From the NCBI GenBank assembly GCA_964502005.1, contig CAZCUX010000029.1, forward strand, positions 32,468 through 96,467: 64,000 nucleotides of DNA, in the 5' to 3' direction. The position numbers and the translations under genes are program-made. Shown piece by piece: positions 57,289 to 64,000 of the stretch; within the stretch, counting starts at the first letter, position 1; every line of letters starts with the position of its first letter. The notes under the pieces were generated by a model, which ran no database searches, was not told the DNA's origin, and was given only the letters and a program-made list of their open reading frames with translations. This stretch comes from an uncultured Enterobacterales bacterium. GTDB lineage: Bacteria; Myxococcota_A; UBA796; UBA2385.

Positions 57289-59916
57289 ATGCGGTGGTGG
57301 CCTTGCTTGTTGTGGGTGGCATGCGCGTCACCGGAGCCGGAACGCCCGGTTGTCGCGCCGAAATGGTCCGTGCCTGAAGGCCCGCTGCCGGACACGGTCT
57401 CGTTGTCGTCGGTCGACCTGTCGCTCACCCTTGACCCCCGCGCCGACCGTTTTGATGGCAGCATCGACCTACATGTGACGGTGAATCGCGCCGAGACCGG
57501 CATTTGGCTCCATGGTCAAGACCTAACAATAACGCAGGTCTCCATTACTCCGCAAGACAGTGGTGTGCTTCCCGCAACATGGACCACACATGGGTCTACG
57601 GGTGTTTCGCGCATCGAAACCAACACAAATCTGCCCCTTGGGCCGGCGACCGTTCATATCGAGTGGTCGGCCCCGTTCGCCACCGACCTCTCGGGTTTGT
57701 TTGTCTTCGAAGAGCGGGGAAATCGGTACGTCCTCGCCAAGTCCGAGTCCATTCAAGCCCGCCGCGCGTTGCCGAGCTTCGATGAACCGCGGTTCAAGGC
57801 GCCTTATCGCATTCAATTGACAGTTCCTGCCGGCTATGTCGTCATCGGAAATCGGGCTGAACGCGCGCGGGAAACCGTCGCCGACGGCATGGAGCGCGTC
57901 ACCCTCGCAGAGACCGCCGCACTCCCGACCTACCTCCTCTCCCTGGCGGTGGGACCATTCGAACGTCGTGAGGGTGCGTCTCTTGGCGCCACTACCGCCC
58001 GCGCGGCTGTGCCCATCACGGGCTATGCGCGACCAGGCCGCACGGTCGACTTGGGCGTCTTGCTGCACACCACCGCCCCCCTCATCCAAACCCTCGAAGC
58101 GGAGACCGGCCTCCCGTTTCCCGACCCCAAACTCGACCTCGTCGCGGCCCCCGCGTGGCCCAGCGGTGCAACCGAGCTCGCTGCCGCCATCACCTACCGC
58201 GAAGAAAAGGTACTGCTCGGCCCTCTCGACGACGCGTCCATAGACCCCGCGGCGCGTCGCGAGATGCTGCGCACCCACGCCCACGAACTTGCGCATATGT
58301 GGTTCGGAAACGCCGTAACCCCCGCGTGGTGGGAAGATTTGTGGCTCAAAGAGGCCTTCGCAAGCTGGGCCAGCCGCCGCGCGCTGACCACCTGGGAACC
58401 CAACGGAGGCCACGACCTCGAAGCAGAGAAGCGGGTCCTCGCCGCGATGGCCAGCGATGGTCTCGCGAGTGTGCGCGCGATTCGTGCCCCGATTTTGGGC
58501 GACAACGACATCCGAAACGCCTACGACAGCATTACCTACGGCAAAGGCATGGCCGTCATCGACATGGTGGACCACGGCTACGGTCCCGACGTCTTCCGCG
58601 CCGCGTTGCGCGACCATCTGCGCACCCATGACGGGCAAACCACCGACACACCCACGTTCTTGGCCGACCTTACCCGCGCTTCGGGGAACCCCAACATCGC
58701 GGAGACCTTCAGCAGCTTCTTGTCGCAGACCGGCGTGCCAGTGCTGCGCGTCGCGGTCGATTGTCCCAACAACGGCGACGCGACGGCAACCTTGCGCCAA
58801 GACCGCTACCGCCCGCGCGGCTCGACCATCGACCCCCACGCCACCTGGACGCTCCCCGTATGCCTCGAAGTCGACACGAGTGAAACGCCCATCTGCACGA
58901 TATTGTCGAGTGCCTCGGGAGAAATGAATCTCGGTTCAGTTTGTCCCACCTGGATTCGACCCAACCCCGGCGGCCACGGCTATTACCGTTTTGCGCTGTC
59001 CCCCGCGCATTGGCGCGCCCTCGCCCTGCACCTCCCCGAGCTGCCCGCGGTCGAGGCCCTGCGAATCGTCGATAGCGCGGCCGCTGGCGTAGACGCAGGA
59101 TGGGTGGGCATCGCCGATGCCTGGACCGTGTTCCGCGCAGCCGCACAGCACCCCGTTGCCGCCGTCGCCGAAGCGCCCTTGGCCCCCCTCGCCCAATGGC
59201 GCAGCCGAATGCCCGCCGAAGACCGCACAGTGTTCGACCCCATCGTGCAGGCCGCGTTCCCCCCCAAAGGTTCAGACGCCACGGCCCTGCTCGCCTTCTC
59301 CGCCACGATTCTCGGCGACGCCACGGCGCGAAAGCACCTCCTCCACGCCCTCGAACGACGTATCCACGGAGACACCCGCGCCCTCCCCGCCGACCTCCTC
59401 GACGCCGCGCTGCGCGTATTCGCCGAAGACAACGGAATCGCCGGTCTACGCGCCCTGCGCCAGACCGTCGTCGCCCAAGACGTCCCCCAGCTCGAACAAG
59501 CCGTCGAAGGCGCATGGGGCTGGGTGACCGATCCGGCCGAGCGCAGCCTCGTCCTCGACGAAACCCTCTCCGGCACCCTCGATCCCCGGGCCGCCGTCGC
59601 CCGCTTGCACAACCTGCTCTCCCACCCGGACGACCGCGTCCGCGTCGCCACCACCGAAACCGTGCGCAGTCGCTTCGATGCCGTCATCTCGGTCACCCCA
59701 AACCAATGGCGCCGAGACACGCCCGCGCTGCTCGGAAATGGCGCCTGCTCGGACGCCGAAGCACGAGTGCTCACCGACTTTTTCGCGGGCCCAGCTGGCG
59801 CGTTGGCACCCGGACACGCCCGAAGCCTCGCCCGCACCCTCGAATCTATTTCCCTGTGCAAAGCCCGCAGCGAGTTGGGAACGCAGATAGCAAGGGCACT
59901 CTCGACAATACCCTGA
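57289..59916 (+). CDS. M1-family zinc aminopeptidase (aminopeptidase N-like), secreted
   Basis: [29 protein letters not shown] (HExxH-x18-E gluzincin, M1 pattern), an upstream GAMEN-like region, and an N-terminal signal peptide. Confidence 0.85.
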   Translation: MRWWPCLLWVACASPEPERPVVAPKWSVPEGPLPDTVSLSSVDLSLTLDPRADRFDGSIDLHVTVNRAETGIWLHGQDLTITQVSITPQDSGVLPATWTTHGSTGVSRIETNTNLPLGPATVHIEWSAPFATDLSGLFVFEERGNRYVLAKSESIQARRALPSFDEPRFKAPYRIQLTVPAGYVVIGNRAERARETVADGMERVTLAETAALPTYLLSLAVGPFERREGASLGATTARAAVPITGYARPGRTVDLGVLLHTTAPLIQTLEAETGLPFPDPKLDLVAAPAWPSGATELAAAITYREEKVLLGPLDDASIDPAARREMLRTHAHELAHMWFGNAVTPAWWEDLWLKEAFASWASRRALTTWEPNGGHDLEAEKRVLAAMASDGLASVRAIRAPILGDNDIRNAYDSITYGKGMAVIDMVDHGYGPDVFRAALRDHLRTHDGQTTDTPTFLADLTRASGNPNIAETFSSFLSQTGVPVLRVAVDCPNNGDATATLRQDRYRPRGSTIDPHATWTLPVCLEVDTSETPICTILSSASGEMNLGSVCPTWIRPNPGGHGYYRFALSPAHWRALALHLPELPAVEALRIVDSAAAGVDAGWVGIADAWTVFRAAAQHPVAAVAEAPLAPLAQWRSRMPAEDRTVFDPIVQAAFPPKGSDATALLAFSATILGDATARKHLLHALERRIHGDTRALPADLLDAALRVFAEDNGIAGLRALRQTVVAQDVPQLEQAVEGAWGWVTDPAERSLVLDETLSGTLDPRAAVARLHNLLSHPDDRVRVATTETVRSRFDAVISVTPNQWRRDTPALLGNGACSDAEARVLTDFFAGPAGALAPGHARSLARTLESISLCKARSELGTQIARALSTIP
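58924..58939. repeat. Degenerate palindromic element copy aTGAATCTCGGTTCAg inside the M1 aminopeptidase CDS
   Basis: Weaker match. Possibly coincidental. Confidence 0.4.
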
Positions 59917-59950
59917 GCACTTTCGCACACAATCGACTTCCTACGCCTTG

Positions 59951-59975
59951 CGTGTGCCAAACTGTGTGCATAGAT
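59951..59975. promoter_or_regulatory. Inverted repeat ACTGTGT-N11-ACACAGT about 45 bp upstream of crtI, candidate operator
   Basis: 7-bp arms with an 11-nt spacer. Carotenogenesis genes in myxobacteria are typically repressor-controlled. Confidence 0.3.
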
Positions 59976-60019
59976 TGTACACAGTGACGCGGCAGCTATC
60001 GTTGCCCAAGGAGTCGTCG

Positions 60020-61687
60020 ATGAACGCACAAAATCCCGCCCCTCGCACAACGGCAATCATCATTGGTGCGGGCTTTGGCGGCCTCTCCTTGGCCATCCGC
60101 CTACAAGCCATGGGTGTGCAGGTCACCGTCGTCGAAGCCCTGGAAATGGCCGGCGGTCGCGCCCGCGTGCGGGAAGAAGGCGGCCACATCTTTGATATGG
60201 GGCCCACCGTCATTACCGTCCCCCACTTCATCGAAGAACTGTTTGCACTGCAACCGGGAGACACCAGCAGCCTCGACGCGCCCGATTTCCCCCAAGAAAT
60301 CCTCGCCCCCGACGCGCGAAAGACCAGCGGAAACTCCGGCGGCCCGGCAACGCAGAAATACTGCACCCTCACGCCCATTTTGCCGTTCTACCGCATCTAT
60401 TTTGATGACGGTACCTACTTCGACTACGACGGCGACCCTGAGAGCACCCGTCGGCAAGTCGAAGCCATCTGTCCTGCCGACCTCGCTGGCTACGAGCGGT
60501 TTCACACGGATGCGCGGGCCATCTTCGAGCGCGGCTTCTTGGAGCTTGGCTACACCTGCTTCCTTGACTTGCAAACGATGTTGGCTGTAGTCCCAGACCT
60601 CTTCAAGCTCGATGCAGTGCGAAATCTGTTCCGATTCGCCTCCAAGTATTTTACATCGGACAAACTGCGGCAAGTATTCAGCTTTGAGACCTTGCTCGTG
60701 GGCGGCTCCCCCCTCCGGGTGCCGGCTATCTACGCTATGATTCACTTCGTCGAGAAAACCTGGGGCATTCACTACGTCATGGGTGGTACCGGTGCGCTCG
60801 TGCGCGGATTCGTGCGCAAGTTCGAAGAGCTGGGCGGCACCCTCCTCACCCACGCGCCGGTTGCCGAGATTTTGGTGGATGACGGAAATGGCGGCCCCGT
60901 GTCTTCGTTCTCTCGACGGGTCGCGCGGGGCGTGCGCCTCGAAGACGGCCGCGTGCTCCATGCCGACCGCGTTGTGAGCAATGCCGATGTCGGCCACACC
61001 TTCCTCAAACTGTTGCCGGCAGCCGCGCGGCGTTGGAACCCCGACTTGCGCGTCACGTCGATGCGTTGGTCGATGTCGCTCGTGGTCATCTACTTTGGAT
61101 TCAAAGACGACCCCGAGCGTCCCCTCGATTTGCGGCACCACAACATTATTCTTGGACCGCGCTACGAGGGGCTGCTGACCGACATCTTCGACCGAAAGGT
61201 CCTCAGCCCCGACTTTAGCCAGTACCTCCATGTGCCGTCGTTGACCGACCCGAGCATGGCGCCAGAAGGCTGTCATACCGCATATACGCTCATTCCTGTG
61301 CCCCACCAAGGCAGCGGACTCGATTGGTCCGTAGAAGGCCCGCGCTTGGTCGAAAAGGTCATTGGAATGTTGGACGACGAAGGTTACATTCCCAATCTTC
61401 GCAATCGTATTACCGTTCAAAGCTATATTGACCCGCGGTATTTCGCCGGCGACTTGCGCAGCCACCTTGGAAACGCCTTTGGTCCCGAGCCGGTGTTGAC
61501 CCAAAGCGCGTGGTTCCGCACGCACAACCGGTCCCAAGATGTCGAAGGGCTGTACTTTGTCGGCGCAGGTGCGCAACCTGGCGGGGGCACGCCGAGCGTG
61601 ATGATGTCCGCCAAAATGACCGCGCGTTGTATGCAAGAAGACATGCGCAAAACGGGTGTTTTGGAAAAAGCGAAGCATACGGTCTGA
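60020..61687 (+). CDS. crtI: Phytoene desaturase (CrtI-family FAD-dependent carotenoid desaturase)
   Basis: N-terminal FAD fold ([17 protein letters not shown]...[12 protein letters not shown]) and the CrtI C-terminus ([24 protein letters not shown]). Start at the internal MNAQNP. Confidence 0.75.
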   Translation: MNAQNPAPRTTAIIIGAGFGGLSLAIRLQAMGVQVTVVEALEMAGGRARVREEGGHIFDMGPTVITVPHFIEELFALQPGDTSSLDAPDFPQEILAPDARKTSGNSGGPATQKYCTLTPILPFYRIYFDDGTYFDYDGDPESTRRQVEAICPADLAGYERFHTDARAIFERGFLELGYTCFLDLQTMLAVVPDLFKLDAVRNLFRFASKYFTSDKLRQVFSFETLLVGGSPLRVPAIYAMIHFVEKTWGIHYVMGGTGALVRGFVRKFEELGGTLLTHAPVAEILVDDGNGGPVSSFSRRVARGVRLEDGRVLHADRVVSNADVGHTFLKLLPAAARRWNPDLRVTSMRWSMSLVVIYFGFKDDPERPLDLRHHNIILGPRYEGLLTDIFDRKVLSPDFSQYLHVPSLTDPSMAPEGCHTAYTLIPVPHQGSGLDWSVEGPRLVEKVIGMLDDEGYIPNLRNRITVQSYIDPRYFAGDLRSHLGNAFGPEPVLTQSAWFRTHNRSQDVEGLYFVGAGAQPGGGTPSVMMSAKMTARCMQEDMRKTGVLEKAKHTV

Positions 61688-61758
61688 TTCCGAAATCGGC
61701 GGCGCTCCCAAATCGCGGGCAACCGGATAGGGCCTCGGCATCGACTGCGAGGTGCGTG

Positions 61759-63441
61759 ATGGCCGAACAAACGCTTCGGATACTTCGATTGGCCGGAAAC
61801 GAGGCCGAGATGGGCCGACAGCATGGCGCCATCGTCCGGTCGTGCGGTGGGCGCCCCGACCTGGCGACGTTCTACCCGCAGATGGCCGGGAGAATGTTGA
61901 CCCTGCGTATGGACCACAGCGTACGGCCAGCGGTGCGCGCGGTGTTTCAGCCATTCCTCGCCGCGGCCGCAGACCGGCTCCATGCGCGACGCCTCCGCAG
62001 CTTCGAGTCCCTGGTGCGACGGTCGGAAGCAGGAATGCGCGAGTCCGGCGTCGATATGGACGTCGTGCGCTGGCTCACCGTGATGGATGTGTTCCAAAAC
62101 GGCGTGTCTACCTTCGCACGCATGAAGATGCCCTCGATTACCGGGCTTCAAACGCCGGGCATCGGAATGTGCTCGAGCCTCGCTGTGTGGGGGGAAGCGT
62201 CCGTTGATGGCACCCTCCGCCATGCGCGTAACTTTGACTTTCCGGGAATTGGGGTATGGGACAGCGCACCCACTGTGGTTTTTTGTTCACCCGATGAAGG
62301 TGTGCGCTACGGTTTTGTGACCTCATTGGGAGTGGACCTCCCGGGTGTCACTGGGTTCAACGAAGCGGGAATCACAGTTTCGGCACATACGCGAATGCAT
62401 GTTGACACAGACCCCGATGGTGTGTGTATTGCAGACCTGGGCCACGAGATTGTGCGGCGCGCGCGAAGCATCGCGGATGCCATCGACATCGCCAAAACAT
62501 TGGGTTCGTCGTCGACGTGGGGCCTGTTGGTGTCTTCGGCCAACGAGCAGCGTGCGGTGGTCATTGAAACCACGGGGCGCGCCGTTGCGGTCGTGGACCC
62601 TGGCACGCGTACGTTTCATGCCTGCACCAACCGGTACCAAGACGCGGCCTTGGCGAAAGGCGAGGTCGTGTCGAGCGACGGGTTTACCATCGACTCGGAC
62701 GCGCGCTTCGAGAGCCTGCAACGCACCGCGCGGCGGGGCGGCCTGAGCGCCGAGGACTTGCAAGAGCTGCTGGGGGCCACCTGGGACCCCGCTGCACCCG
62801 CCGACGACCCCGCCGACCGACGCACCGGCAGCTGTATTGTGTCGCCGATTACCGTACAAAGCGTCGTCGTGGAGCCTGCTCTCGGGCAGGTGCGCGTCGC
62901 AGCCGGCCGAGCGCCGACCAGCCGGTCTCCTTGGCGCACCGTGCCGTGGTCGTGGGACGGCGCGCCGGGGCTTGTCGAGGCGGTGGACATCCCGCTCGCT
63001 TCTCCCGAAAGCCCCCTGGCAGCGGCTGAAGCGGCCTATGTCGAAGCGGCGCGGCTTGAGGTAGAAGGCGGTCCCGCGCGGCAGGTGCGCAATCGGCTGC
63101 ACAGCGCGGCGGAGCTTGCGCCCAAGGAGCCGCACCTGCAGTTCTTGGGTGCATTGGCCGCGTTGTCCGACGCGGACCCCGACCTTGCGCGGCAGAGATT
63201 GCAACGCGGTTTGGAGGTCGAGTTCGTGCCGTATCGCCGCGCGCAGCTATTGCGATGGTCGGCGCGCATAGAGGATGCGCTGGGCGCGCCCGCCGGTGCA
63301 GCGGAGCTGCGGGCGACGGCACGTGGGTTGGGGGATGGCGCAGGCCCCGTGTTGCGGCTGTTGGAACGCGACGAGAAGTCGCCCCCGCGGCGAGGGCAGT
63401 TGTACCGCGTCCTTCCCGATGTCTTGTTGGTCGATGCTTGA
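61759..63441 (+). CDS. Peptidase C45-family protein (acyl-CoA:6-aminopenicillanic-acid acyltransferase-like, Ntn-hydrolase)
   Basis: N-terminal LAGNEAEMGRQHG and a candidate nucleophile GMCSS, about 560 aa. Start at the internal MAEQ. Confidence 0.5.
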   Translation: MAEQTLRILRLAGNEAEMGRQHGAIVRSCGGRPDLATFYPQMAGRMLTLRMDHSVRPAVRAVFQPFLAAAADRLHARRLRSFESLVRRSEAGMRESGVDMDVVRWLTVMDVFQNGVSTFARMKMPSITGLQTPGIGMCSSLAVWGEASVDGTLRHARNFDFPGIGVWDSAPTVVFCSPDEGVRYGFVTSLGVDLPGVTGFNEAGITVSAHTRMHVDTDPDGVCIADLGHEIVRRARSIADAIDIAKTLGSSSTWGLLVSSANEQRAVVIETTGRAVAVVDPGTRTFHACTNRYQDAALAKGEVVSSDGFTIDSDARFESLQRTARRGGLSAEDLQELLGATWDPAAPADDPADRRTGSCIVSPITVQSVVVEPALGQVRVAAGRAPTSRSPWRTVPWSWDGAPGLVEAVDIPLASPESPLAAAEAAYVEAARLEVEGGPARQVRNRLHSAAELAPKEPHLQFLGALAALSDADPDLARQRLQRGLEVEFVPYRRAQLLRWSARIEDALGAPAGAAELRATARGLGDGAGPVLRLLERDEKSPPRRGQLYRVLPDVLLVDA

Positions 63442-63560
63442 GGGTTCGGGAGCGCCCTCCTCCCGTTGACTGTGGGTGTTGCTTCGGGTTGGTTTTTCTG
63501 TAGGATGTTGGCTTGGTTTGTTGCGGTTTGTGTTGGGCTATCGTTGGTATGTTCCGTAGC

Positions 63561-64000
63561 ATCGCGATTCAGCCCAAGAAACAAACGCCCAACGCCCATG
63601 ACACAAGCCAACCCACCCCCAACCAAGAATGCAGCGAAAAAGTTGTGTGTGTGGGTGTCGCACACGCGAAGCGGTGGACTCCTCCCTCGGAGTCTGGACG
63701 AAAGGAGGCCGCCCTGGCAACCAAGAAGCCAAGAACCCAAGCCATCCGCAAGCCCCTGAATCGCGATTCAGCCCAAGAAACAAACGCCCAAAGCCCATGA
63801 CACAAGCCAACCCGCCCCCAACCAAGAATGCAGCGAAAAAGGGGGGTGTGGGGGTGTCGCGTACGCGAAGCGGGAGCCCACCCCCACCGGGGAGAGCCCG
63901 AGGGAGCCCCCTCCCTCGGAGTCTGGACGAAAGGAGGCCGCCCTGGCAACCAAGAAGCCAAGAACCCAAGCCATCCGCAAGCCCCTGAATCGCGATTCAG
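63561..64000. repeat. Tandem array of ~200-230-bp noncoding units delimited by CTGAATCGCGATTCAG palindromes (array truncated by the window end)
   Basis: 63573-63771 and 63772-64000 are about 90% identical. Each unit starts CCCAAGAAACAAACGCCCAA, contains GTGTG...CACAC and GGACTCC...GGAGTC hairpins and an AAGGAGG motif, and ends in the palindrome (63756-63771, 63985-64000; a half copy lies at 63561-63572). Unit lengths of 199 and 229 nt are not multiples of 3. Confidence 0.85.

Noticed and set aside
63538-63969. ORFs of 95-234 aa on both strands across the terminal tandem repeat (for example 63036-63740-, 63538-63969-, 63629-63988+)
   Set aside because: The translations are low-complexity (PPTKNAAKK..., GCQGGLLSSRLRG...) and repeat only because the DNA repeats. 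Unit lengths are not multiples of 3 and the insert between units breaks frame periodicity.
63561-64000. Possible CRISPR array at the window end
   Set aside because: The units are ~200-230 bp with 90% identity throughout. There is no short-repeat / unique-spacer alternation, and no cas genes nearby.

Overview
This ~64 kb window is GC-rich (~68% GC) chromosomal DNA, almost certainly from a myxobacterium (order Myxococcales). Evidence for that assignment: a thermolysin-like metalloprotease ending in a MYXO-CTERM sorting signal (GCGCS...LLLVP..RRRR), Asp/Cys-rich MopE-like lipoprotein linkers, a MotA/TolQ plus two ExbD/TolR (Agl-like) cluster, a sterol-desaturase-family enzyme, and many lipoboxes. 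I count about 47 protein-coding genes, most translationally coupled by ATGA/GTGA/TGATG overlaps. No rRNA, tRNA, CRISPR array, transposase or integrase was found.

Headline features:
- Two tandem bacterial dynamin-like GTPases (644-4872, minus strand).
- An 853-aa bacterial homologue of eukaryotic major vault protein (38302-40863).
- recN, a PhoB/PhoR-like two-component pair, an orphan RND pump, a SulP permease, an M1 aminopeptidase and a CrtI phytoene desaturase.
- A five-gene coupled signalling/envelope operon (FHA protein, Ser/Thr kinase, OmpA-like protein, LysM/FecR-like protein, secreted protein) with a divergent single-domain response regulator.
- Several secreted peptidases and hydrolases.

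The most unusual non-genic signal is a 16-bp perfect palindrome, CTGAATCGCGATTCAG (family TGAAT-N4-ATTCA). It occurs at least 12 times in the window. In five positions the TGA inside it serves as the stop codon of a real gene. It also delimits a tandem array of ~200-230-bp noncoding units at the right edge of the window (63561-64000), which probably continues beyond it.

Other candidates: an orphan plus-strand intrinsic terminator / sRNA between the dynamin operon and the desaturase gene; palindromic candidate operators upstream of recN, crtI and between the MVP and sulP genes; lower-GC genes that may be horizontally acquired; and a 1.1-kb noncoding gap. All functional calls come from motif-level reading of the six-frame translations without database searches, so they are provisional.
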